A DNA stretch of 62,900 nt, the filler included, from Octopus bimaculoides (lineage: Eukaryota), in assembly GCF_001194135.2 (NCBI RefSeq). It is 9 parts of 7 records of this genome, joined end to end, with 100 filler letters (N's around TTAATTAATTAA, not from the genome) between each part and the next. Parts side by side here need not be neighbours in the genome. Positions count along the whole stretch, not along the records: positions 11,628 to 21,873 come from NC_069010.1; positions 21,974 to 34,816 come from NC_069000.1; 7 more parts are not named here. The stretch is one strand, 5' to 3'. Of this stretch, positions 11,815 to 22,034 are shown piece after piece. Each line of letters begins with the position of its first letter. Position 1 is the stretch's first letter. The position numbers and the translations under genes are program-made. Below the pieces are notes generated by a model. It did no database searches. It was not told where the DNA came from and worked only from the letters and a program-made list of their open reading frames with translations.

Positions 11815-12445
11815 AACACAAGCTACTGAGACATCACTTGAATTCTTGGAATACCATTCAAACTACTCAAGCACCACTCCTCAAACTTCTGGAATACCAC
11901 TCAAACTTCTGAGAGTACTACTTTGGAGTACTACTCAAATTCCTGGAGCACCACTCAGCCTCCTGGCACATCATACCAACTTTCGGAGCACCCCTTAAAA
12001 GCCTCTTGGAGTACCACTCAAATTCTTTGAACACAGTACAAACTCCTGATACATTACTCAAATTCCTGAAGCACCACTCCGATTTTGGAACACCACTCAA
12101 CTCAACAAAAGCTCTTGAGTGCCACTCAACTCCTGGAGTGCTGCTCAAATTCCTGGAACACCACTCAAACATCTGGCTCATTACACAGTTTCTTGAAGCA
12201 CTACTCAAACTCTTAGAGCACCACTCAAATTCTTGGAACACAGCACAAACTCTTGTAGCAACACTCAAACTCTGAGTACACCATTCAAACATCTGAAGCA
12301 CCACTCAAAGTTTGGGAAGATAATACAAACTCCTGGAGCACCACTTAAAACTCAAATTCTTGGAACACAACACAAACCCCAGGAATGCTATTCCTCAAAT
12401 TCCTGGGCCATCACCTAAACTTCTGGAGTAACACTCAAACTAACC
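11815..12445. repeat. Degenerate ~20-bp minisatellite (consensus TCCTGGAGCACCACTCAAAY), ~30 units with ~60-bp higher-order structure
   Basis: Recurring ttcctggagcaccactcaaa / ttcttggaacacagcacaaa / ctcctggagcaccact units. Confidence 0.85.
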
Positions 12446-12600
12446 TGATTGAACACATTTCTGAAGAACAGTAAAGAGGTTGAAGTGAACCCCTCACCAA
12501 GTCAACTACACAACAGTTTCACCGCCACCGCCACACAACGCTACCTCACAACACATCTCACAACATCGCATAACACAACACTACATCACAGCGTCACTAC

Positions 12601-13767
12601 ATGGAGACAGTCCTGCCTGCCGACAGCATTGACATCTGTTTCAGAGCGATGAAGGAAGACTTTCTGTTGCCAAGTGCCATCTCCAACACTGACAACATCG
12701 ACGACAACAACAACAACAGCAACAATAACAACGACAGCAACAACATTGACACTGAGAAATATGGCAGCTCCAACATTGCCTCGCAGTGCAATGAATCGTC
12801 AAACCCCAACACTGATGCTGTGACCGATTTGTTTGTCATTTCTGCGGTCATCTCTGAAGACAGAGATAGTACTGCTTTGGAGGTGAGTGCAGCCGGCAAT
12901 GATTACGGTGAATATGTTGTTGACAGTGATGATGATGATGATGATGATGACAGTGGTGATGGTGACAGTGGTGGTGAGTCAGTGACTATCACTGTCTTGA
13001 AGTCCAACATCGTAAATAACTTCCCTTGTATTTCTGCGTCTGGAGTGGATGGCATTGATGAAGAGGGGAGTTCTTCTGCGGGTGGCACCTCTGAAGTTGT
13101 CTTTGAGAATGGTGGCAAGACAAATAACAACGACGGTGTTGACGATGACAATATTAATCAGGATGACTCGACGACTAGCAATGTCATTGTTGTTGGCAAT
13201 CCTGTCGAATCTCAGGACAATACAGATGCAGGAGCCAATAATTTGATTTCTGATTTTCTATCTTTGAAAAAGAAAAGCCTAAAGCTGTCTGATGTGGGTG
13301 ACTCTTTGGCCCTGGATGGACTTGCTGTACCTGAAGATGATGCAGTGGCATCCACCGCAGTTGTTAAGAAACTCTATTTTGTTTCCGGCATCTGCTCACA
13401 ACCGTCATCGATGATGGTCACTGTGCCAGAAGTGGACTCTGTAGTGATGAATTCAACAGCAGTGACAACGATGATTACAATGTCATCTTCAACTTCTACA
13501 CCATCGTTATCACCGTCGTCATCATCACTTACACTGCCACAACAACGACAACTGCAGCAAAATAAGCAGCGTAGACACTCGTGCAGCTGGTGTCCAAAGG
13601 CGTTCAGTCGAAGCTGTGATCTGCAGCGCCACCTGAGAATACATACCGGTGAGAAGCCGTACAGGTGCTCACACTGCGGGAAAACCTTCTCGCAGTCAGG
13701 CAGCCTCTCGGCCCACCGTCGCATCCACACAGGTGAGAAGAAAAAGCTGTTTGAGTGCTGCAAGTGT
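12601..13767 (+). CDS. C2H2 zinc-finger protein, 5' part (acidic N/D-rich low-complexity region, fingers 1-2, start of finger 3; runs into an N gap)
   Basis: First ATG after an in-frame TAA at 12571; [53 protein letters not shown]. Confidence 0.9.
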
Positions 13768-14028
13768 NNNNNNNNNNNNNNNNNNNNNNNNNNNNNNNNN
13801 NNNNNNNNNNNNNNNNNNNNNNNNNNNNNNNNNNNNNNNNNNNNNNNNNNNNNNNNNNNNNNNNNNNNNNNNNNNNNNNNNNNNNNNNNNNNNNNNNNNN
13901 NNNNNNNNNNNNNNNNNNNNNNNNNNNNNNNNNNNNNNNNNNNNNNNNNNNNNNNNNNNNNNNNNNNNNNNNNNNNNNNNNNNNNNNNNNNNNNNNNNNN
14001 NNNNNNNNNNNNNNNNNNNNNNNNNNNN

Positions 14029-15719
14029 CGTCGTCATCATCACTTACACTGCCACAACAACGACAACTGCAGCAAAATAAGCAGCGTAGACACTCGTGCA
14101 GCTGGTGTCCAAAGGCGTTCAGTCGAAGCTGTGATCTGCAGCGCCACCTGAGAATACATACCGGTGAGAAGCCGTTCTGCTGCGCCTGCTGCTCCAAGTC
14201 GTTCTCGTGCTCCAGCTACCTCACCAAGCACATGCGCACCCACACCGGCGAGAAGCCGTACGTGTGCAAGCACTGCGACAAATCGTTCCGCGTGTCCAGC
14301 CACCTGGCCCGGCATACGAGGGGTCACGCTCGGCTGAAAGGCTTCGACCATAAATACTGCAAAAACTCCAGCGCTAACACCAGCACCACCTCTACCAACA
14401 ATGACAACAATGCTGCCAACACCAACACCACCACCACCACCACCACCACCAACATAAACACCACCAACCACGACAACGACAGCTATTTGAAAACAGCAGT
14501 GACGTGCATTACAGCCACAACAACAACAACAACTACGCCAGTAACAGCAACAACAGCAACTATTACAACAACTATATTAACAAAGGCTGTTCCTGTATCA
14601 ACAACAACAACAGCAACAACAACATCGGCGACTGCAGACGGTTCTTTAGTAACAATGTCACCTTCGTCGTTGGTATCACTTTGTACAGTAGAAGGAGCAG
14701 CGGAGTCAGAGACCCAGTTAGTTCAACAGGTGCCGCCGGTGGCATCGTCTGACGTTGTGCCCCGACTGTCCATGTCATCTGTTGCGCCACAACCCCAACA
14801 GCAGTATCATCATCATCATCAAGCAATAAAACTGAAACTTGAAGCGATGACACCATCAGACCTCTGCTTGTTAGATGCTGGGAATTTTCACAGGGTGCAT
14901 CGGGGTCAGTGCATGCCGGTGGTGCCCATGCAGAGCATGAAATGTTTTGCACCAGTGACCACGGTCAGCCTACAAGATGATCGGCCAAGCCAATCACACC
15001 AAACTATGCAGTTGCATGATGTGCAGTGTGTACCGTCTGCTGCTGGTGTGCAGCTGGTTCAGAATATGGAGGGTATGGAGGCGATGCATGCAGCAGATGT
15101 CCGGTGCATCGAAGCCCTCCCTGTTATGCCTGACGTCCAGTGCATGCAGTCTGTGGCCGAGGTGCATGTAGAAGATGTCCAGTGCATGGAAGCTTTACCC
15201 GGGGTACAAGTTGACGACATCCGGTGCGTGAAGTCAATGCCCGGTGTTGAAGTGCGAGATGTCCACGAGTGTATCCAATCCTTCCTCCCCACTCCCACCG
15301 GCGTCGATAACCAAGACGGAGGCGTGCAGTCGGTATCGGACATCCAAGCAGTGCAGGTGATGGAATTCAGATATGCCACCCCAGCCGACAGCAGTACAAC
15401 GGCCGACCCTTTGGCCAGGGCCGAAAACATGGGCACGTTTGTGTTTGAGAACTCACAGCAGCAAAATCCATCGGATGACAGCCAGGTGGCCACCGTTTCC
15501 TACGACTACACTTCATCCCTGTTCTCGATTGCTGAGGCTGGTCTCACTTTCCACAGCTGTGCTGAGTGCGGGAAGATCTACTTAAATGAATCTGTATATC
15601 GTGTTCATCTACGGTCTCACACCACGCTGGTCGCACTCCACAAATACTCAAACGAGCAGTTCTTCCACTATAATTGCTGCCAAAGACAAGATTTGGCAGG
15701 ATTAGAGTTCAGGATCTGA
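14029..15719 (+). CDS. C2H2 zinc-finger protein, 3' part (repeat of finger 1, two further fingers, Thr/Asn-rich linker, 14-aa Cys repeats, isolated C-terminal finger, TGA 15717-15719)
   Basis: [49 protein letters not shown] and C-terminal [21 protein letters not shown]; frame relative to the 5' part depends on the estimated gap size. Confidence 0.9.
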
Positions 15720-15834
15720 AGTTTGGTACTTCAAAGAATTCTGAATCAAAAGAATGCTATTTAACCCTAGGCCTTCGTTGTACTCAGCATAGCCATGACT
15801 AAGAGTGTCCTGGATATGTCCATCAATGGCCTTC

Positions 15835-16680
15835 ACTCAAGCTTTGCCTGTGGTACTATGTGTTCATATAACTCTACGGTACCTTGATTGTATACTAGCT
15901 TGTAGTGCATTGTGTTCATAATTGATAAACCAGTGGTACCCTGATTGTATACCACTACACATTCAAATCACCTTATGGTACCTTGATTGTACACCAGCTT
16001 GTGCATATTATATCCATATCATCCTGTGGTACCTCAGTTGTATACTAGCTTGTGGTACATTGTGTTCATATCACCTTCTGGTATCTTGAACATATACTAG
16101 CTTGATTACAAAGTAGTTCATGGTACATTGTGTTCAGAATAAACTAGTGATACCCTGATTGTATACTAACTTGTACCACACTTTCATAGCAGTCTGTAGT
16201 ACCTTGATTGGATACTAACTTATGGAACTTTGATTGTAAACTAGCCTGTGGTACATTGTGTTCATTATAAACCAGTGGTACACTGATTGTATACTAGCTT
16301 GTGATACCACACATTCAAATCACTCTATGGTACCTTGATCATATACTAGCATATGGTACCTTGACTGTATTCTAGCCTGTGGTACATGATATCCATGTCA
16401 TTCTGTGGTGCCTCAGTTGTATACTAGCTTGTGGTACCTTGTGTTGTTAATCACCCACTGGTATCCTGCAAGTATTCTAATTTGTGGTACCTTGTGTCTA
16501 TATCATTCTGTGGTACACCAATTGTATACTAGATTATGGTACGTTGTGTTCATATGATCTTGTGGTACCATTTACCAATACAAGCCTGGTGTATCTTGTG
16601 TCCACAGTACCCTGCGCTTATGACACCACCCAATGGCACTATATATTTACCAGCCTGTGATACTTATTTTACACATGAAT
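15835..16680. repeat. Degenerate ~25-bp A/B minisatellite (~50-bp dimer) in the presumed ZNF 3' UTR
   Basis: Alternating tgtggtaccttgattgtatactagct and tgtggtacattgtgttcatatcac units, roughly 30 monomers. Confidence 0.85.
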
Positions 16681-17858
16681 GAACTTCAGTCACAGATTCA
16701 ACAGTGGAACTGTTGTTATTTATTTTTCAATTTTTTTTTTATTGTCAAGCAGTGAACTCTACAACCACCTAAAAAAAAAAAAGGTGTCAGCTTTCTTGTC
16801 TCATAGAACTGGAGAATGTTTTTAAAATAAATATTTTTTTCTTTCAAAAAAATTTAAAAAATATATAACAAAAAAAAAAAGAAACATCACAAAACAAAAC
16901 AAAAATCCCTCCNNNNNNNNNNNNNNNNNNNNNNNNNNNNNNNNNNNNNNNNNNNNNNNNNNNNNNNNNNNNNNNNNNNNNNNNNNNNNNNNNNNNNNNN
17001 NNNNNNNNNNNNNNNNNNNNNNNNNNNNNNNNNNNNNNNNNNNNNNNNNNNNNNNNNNNNNNNNNNNNNNNNNNNNNNNNNNNNNNNNNNNNNNNNNNNN
17101 NNNNNNNNNNNNNNNNNNNNNNNNNNNNNNNNNNNNNNNNNNNNNNNNNNNNNNNNNNNNNNNNNNNNNNNNNNNNNNNNNNNNNNNNNNNNNNNNNNNN
17201 NNNNNNNNNNNNNNNNNNNNNNNNNNNNNNNNNNNNNNNNNNNNNNNNNNNNNNNNNNNNNNNNNNNNNNNNNNNNNNNNNNNNNNNNNNNNNNNNNNNN
17301 NNNNNNNNNNNNNNNNNNNNNNNNNNNNNNNNNNNNNNNNNNNNNNNNNNNNNNNNNNNNNNNNNNNNNNNNNNNNNNNNNNNNNNNNNNNNNNNNNNNN
17401 NNNNNNNNNNNNNNNNNNNNNNNNNNNNNNNNNNNNNNNNNNNNNNNNNNNNNNNNNNNNNNNNNNNNNNNNNNNNNNNNNNNNNNNNNNNNNNNNNNNN
17501 NNNNNNNNNNNNNNNNNNNNNNNNNNNNNNNNNNNNNNNNNNNNNNNNNNNNNNNNNNNNNNNNNNNNNNNNNNNNNNNNNNNNNNNNNNNNNNNNNNNN
17601 NNNNNNNNNNNNNNNNNNNNNNNNNNNNNNNNNNNNNNNNNNNNNNNNNNNNNNNNNNNNNNNNNNNNNNNNNNNNNNNNNNNNNNNNNNNNNNNNNNNN
17701 NNNNNNNNNNNNNNNNNNNNNNNNNNNNNNNNNNNNNNNNNNNNNNNNNNNNNNNNNNNNNNNNNNNNNNNNNNNNNNNNNNNNNNNNNNNNNNNNNNNN
17801 NNNNNNNNNNNNNNNNNNNNNNNNNNNNNNNNNNNNNNNNNNNNNNNNNNNNNNNNNN

Positions 17859-18133
17859 GCTCCTGGACTGGCTCTTGTGCGGGTGGCACATAAAATTCAC
17901 CATTTTGAGCGTGGCTGTTGCCAGTACCGCCTGACTGGCCTTCATGCGGGTGACACGTAAAAGCACCCACTACACTCACTGAATGGTTGGCGTTAGGAAG
18001 GGCATCCAGCTGTAGAAACTCTGCCAAATCAGATTGGAGCCTGGTGTCGCCTCCTGGTCCACCAGTCCTCAGTCAAATCGTCCAACCCATGCTAGCATGG
18101 AAAGCAGGCGTTAAACGATGATGATGATGATGA
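17859..18133 (+). mobile_element. RTE-LINE 3' end (or RTE-tailed SINE) with (GAT)n tail
   Basis: ggttggcgttaggaagggcatccagctgtagaaac...cgtccaacccatgctagcatggaaagc..gttaaacgatgatg; same as the 3' UTR of the RTE at 42065. Confidence 0.88.
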
Positions 18134-18149
18134 TATAATCTATATATAT

Positions 18150-18515
18150 AGGCACAGGCATGGTTGAGTGGTAAGTTGCTTCCCAACCACATGGTCCTGG
18201 GTTCAGTTCTGTGGCACCTTGGGCAAGTGTCTTCTACTGTAGCTTCAGGCTGATTAAAGCTTTGCGAGTAGATTTGATAGATGGAAACTGAAAGAAGCCC
18301 ATCATGTGTGTGTGTTTGTGTCTGAGGATGACACCCACCATCACTGGACAACTGGTGTTGTGTTTACATCTCCATAACCTAGCAGTTCAGCAAAAGTGAC
18401 CAATAGAATAAGTACCAGGCTTTAAAAAAAAAATAAGTACTAGGGCTGATTCATTTGGCTGAAAATTCTTCATGGCCACAGCCTAATGGCTGAAACAAAT
18501 GAAAGATGAAAGATT
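18150..18515 (+). mobile_element. SINE family A, full-length older copy (CpG-decayed)
   Basis: Head ggcacaggcatggttgagtggtaag, B-box gggttcagttc, accttgggcaagtgtcttctact core, tail. Confidence 0.88.
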
Positions 18516-19202
18516 TATTGTAATAAATGCAAACACTTAAGTTAGTATTAACATTTATTACATGCAATATTAAGAAAGCCAGCTAGAAAGAACTTTGCAG
18601 TGAGTGAAAAAGCAATAATTAATTGTCTCTCTGCATGTAAAATGTCAATCATATATCCACTTTATGTATTATTGATTTTCAGCTTTCTGTCACACTATAA
18701 AATGTGGAAGGAGAAAGCAGTGACTGTGCTGAAAGAGAAAAAACGTGTTATAAGGAGGGAATGGATTAGATAGATAAATAGATTGGTGGGAGATTGACAG
18801 AGTGAAAAATCAGTAGCTTGTGAGGTAGTCATGGGAACAAATATGGGGNNNNNNNNNNTAAGAGAGGGGAGGTGGAAAAAAAAAAAAACAAAGGTCTAGA
18901 AGAGAGAAAGGTAATTAGTGATTTAATGTGAAAAAGAAAAAGAAAAACAGATTGGGAGAGTGAAAAAAAAATAATGAAGAGTGAAATTTGTGTACAATGT
19001 TGAATTAGTGGAAGGAGATGAGGGTAGAAGAAGAGAAAAGATGGAGGCATAATTTGATTGAGAGAGAAAAAGGGAATTTACAAACAGAGAGGAACAGGAG
19101 AAACAATTGCAGCATGAAAGTGAATGAGTGAAAATAATGGAGGAGATTGGGTGGGGAAAAAACTGATAGAAAATGAAAAGAACAAGAAAAAAATGGAGAA
19201 AT

Positions 19203-19520
19203 AGGCGCAGGAGTGGCTGTGTGGTAAGTAGCTTGCTTACCAACCACATGGCTCCAGGTTCAGTTCCACTGCGTAGCACCTTGGGCAAGTGTCTTCTACT
19301 ATAGCCTCAGGCCGACCAAAGCCTTGTGAGTGGATTTGGTAGACAAAAACTGAAAGAAGCCCGTCGTATATATGTATATATATATATGTGTATGTGTGTG
19401 TCTCTGTGTTTGTCCCCCCAACATCGCTTGACAACCGATGCTGGTATGTTTACGTCCCCATAACTTAGCGGTTCGGCAAAAGAGGCCGATAGAATGAGTA
19501 CTAGGCTTACAAAGAATAAG
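19203..19520 (+). mobile_element. SINE family A, younger copy (runs into a gap)
   Basis: ggcgcaggagtggctgtgtggtaag...caccttgggcaagtgtcttctactatagcc...; the ACCTTGGGCAAGT segment resembles the CORE-SINE core start (recalled, not searched). Confidence 0.92.
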
Positions 19521-19764
19521 NNNNNNNNNNNNNNNNNNNNNNNNNNNNNNNNNNNNNNNNNNNNNNNNNNNNNNNNNNNNNNNNNNNNNNNNNNNNNNNN
19601 NNNNNNNNNNNNNNNNNNNNNNNNNNNNNNNNNNNNNNNNNNNNNNNNNNNGAATAAAACAGCCATCCATGTATTGCACTTAACATATGTACACTGTTAA
19701 CAGGCAAAATACTGCTGTTTTTATCTAAGATGAAATTGCTTATAGATGTGACGTGTGAGATATA

Positions 19765-20135
19765 CAGGCATGACTGTGTGGTAAGAAGCATGGCTGTGTG
19801 GTAAAGGCAGCGAGCTGGCAGAAACGTTAGCACACCGGGCGAAATGCTTAGCGGTATTTCGTCTGCCGTTATGTTCTGAGTTCAAATTCCGCCGAGGTCG
19901 ACTTTGCCTTGCAACCTTTCGGGGTCGATAAATTAAGTACCAGTTACGCACTGGAGTCGATGTAATCGACTTAATCCATTTGTCTGTCCTTGTTTGTCCC
20001 CTCTATGTTTAGCCCATTGTAGGCAATAAAGAAATAAGAAGCTTGCTTCCCCATTACATGGTTCAGGGTTCAGTCCCACTGCGTGACACCTTGGGCAAGT
20101 GTCTTCTACTATAGCCTTGGACTGATTAAAGCCTT
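19765..20135 (+). mobile_element. SINE family A head split by a nested full-length SINE family B (19805-20036)
   Basis: A head gcatggctgtgtggtaa | aggcagcgagctggcagaaacgttagc...gcaataaagaaa | taagaagcttgcttccc resumes A. Confidence 0.88.
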
Positions 20136-20149
20136 GTTCTCTGCCCACT

Positions 20150-20760
20150 ATTCCTTAGAAGGGCATAGAGCCATCAGGCACCTCCTCCATAGAGTCCTAT
20201 CAGAACCAACTGTTTTTAGACTTTCCAGCTGGATTCCCAAGCATGATCAATTAAGACTATGGATATCATCCACCTATCTCATTCTTAGTCTACCCGTCGG
20301 CCTCATGCCAGTTGATTTAGCTTGAAGAAACCAACTTGTGATTCTTTACAACGACATTCTAATCACATGTATATGAGAGCTGTCACCTCTCGATGCAAGA
20401 AGGTAGCAGCTTCACCCTGGAGATTCTCTCTGATCTCTGAGCTCTGCATCCTGCCAAAGTAATGTTACTCTAAAGATCTTTCAGATAAATGTCATTTCGG
20501 CAGCTACTGCTTTGCACTCATACTCTGTCGATCATTACCCAACATTTATGACCATAAGTGAGGGTAGACACGAAAACCAAATTGAAGATGGAAAGTTTGG
20601 CTTTATTTTTCCACTCTCTCCTCTTCTGAGGATTGAATCCTGGAGACTGGCACATTATTTTGCCAGCATGTGCAATTCTAGCATCCAATTCAGTCTCCTG
20701 TTTCCCTTCACTCATGAACACAGCCTAAGTGTCTTGCAAACACCTTGCACATGCAAGTGC
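20150..20760 (-). mobile_element. RTE-clade LINE fragment (Expander/Rex3-like RT C-terminus)
   Basis: Minus peptide (Y)LGCVFMSEGKQETELDARIAHAG...KAKLSIFNLVFVSTLTYGHKCW and GRPRMRWVDDI. Confidence 0.82.
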
Positions 20761-20769
20761 TACCAGTCA

Positions 20770-21450
20770 AGAACTCCATATACCGGAAGCCAGCAAGTGT
20801 ATGGGGTCATCAGGAGAGAATGCGCGCCGTTTCGGGGCCTACCTCTCGACGGCATCAATGCGCACCGGCCCCCCTCACTGATATGAGGCCCCGCTTGCTA
20901 GATCAACTGGTTATTAAACAAAGCTCAATATTTCTCTAGCCATCGCTCATCGTCTCTTTTTAACCAAATCCAGTGGCTAGCCTTCTCCACTGTAGTTTGG
21001 ATATCACTCATAGTGGTATTTACCTTCCGATGAGTTAGGCCTAACGATAACAGCAGTCGTTTCACACTGTTTCCTACAAATCCTCTACATCCGACTTCGA
21101 TTGGAAAATGCTCCGCTTTCCAGCCTGCGTCTTCACATTTCTCGAGGAGGTTTTTATAACGGTCCATCTTTCGAGCCCGCGCGGCGTCCATATTATCTTC
21201 ATGAGGAACCGTTAACTCAACTAGATTTACAACTTTTCTTCTTTCACACCACATTAAAATGTCAGGTTTTTCCATAACTGGGATGGCACCCAGGCAAATC
21301 TGCAGTCACTTCTCAACTTGCATCAACGATATTCCACTCACATGCTGTGTCTGTCTGGGACCCCTGTTTCTCAGTCAGCATTTCCTCTGCATAGACATAG
21401 TATGCTCTTTATGGAATCAGGATGATCCCAGGATTTTAAATATACCCTTC
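20770..21450 (-). mobile_element. Hero-like non-LTR retrotransposon 3' fragment encoding a restriction-like endonuclease (PD..D/ExK)
   Basis: ORF 20925-21275: KPDILMW...VNLVELTVPHEDNMDAARARKMDRYKNL..C...GW....PIEVGCRGF...KASHWIWLKR; upstream DAS*EVTADLPG; GC-rich 3' UTR. Confidence 0.8.
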
Positions 21451-21567
21451 ATTTGGTTCTTGAACATCCAGCATTGGGATCTGATTTAAAAGCATTTCGG
21501 TTGCTATTTCTAGCAAGTAAAGCTTGGCTGATTCATGCCATCTTGGTTGGCATTTGTCAGATTATGT

Positions 21568-21873
21568 CAGAGGTCGTTGTCGTTGGCACTCTGTCGCTTA
21601 CGACGTCGAGGGTTCCAGTTGATCCAATCAACGGAACAGCCTGCTCGTGAAATTAACGTGCAAGTGGCTGAGCACTCCACAGACACATGTACTCTTAACG
21701 TAGTTCTCGGGGATATTCAGCGTGACACAGTGTGACAAGGCTGACCCTTTGAATTACAGGCACAACAGAAACAGGAAGTAAAGAGTGAGAGAAAGTTGTG
21801 GTGGAAGAGTACAGCAGGGTTCGCCACCATCCCCTGTGAAATTAACGTGCACGTGGCTGAGCACTCCACAGAC
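21568..21873 (+). mobile_element. Interspersed repeat family D (near-complete) with a partial tandem re-start at ~21835
   Basis: gaggtcgttgtcgttggcactc...gtgaaattaacgtgcaagtggctgagcactccacagac; the last 40 bp repeat 21648-21683. Confidence 0.85.
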
Positions 21874-21917
21874 NNNNNNNNNNNNNNNNNNNNNNNNNNN
21901 NNNNNNNNNNNNNNNNN

Positions 21918-21929
21918 TTAATTAATTAA
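21918..21929. other. Artificial assembly linker TTAATTAATTAA
   Basis: 44 N + 12-mer + 44 N. Confidence 0.95.
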
Positions 21930-21973
21930 NNNNNNNNNNNNNNNNNNNNNNNNNNNNNNNNNNNNNNNNNNNN

Positions 21974-22034
<61 letters not shown>

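Noticed and set aside
19203-19290. tRNA-like heads of SINE families A, B and E as tRNA genes
   Set aside because: A/B boxes present but no complete cloverleaf; they continue into SINE bodies and are dispersed
20810-20870. GAAAC and CTGATGA in the Hero-like 3' UTR (minus strand) as a hammerhead
   Set aside because: Helix II lacks the G10.1-C11.1 pair and there is no GUH or helix III; does not fold as a hammerhead
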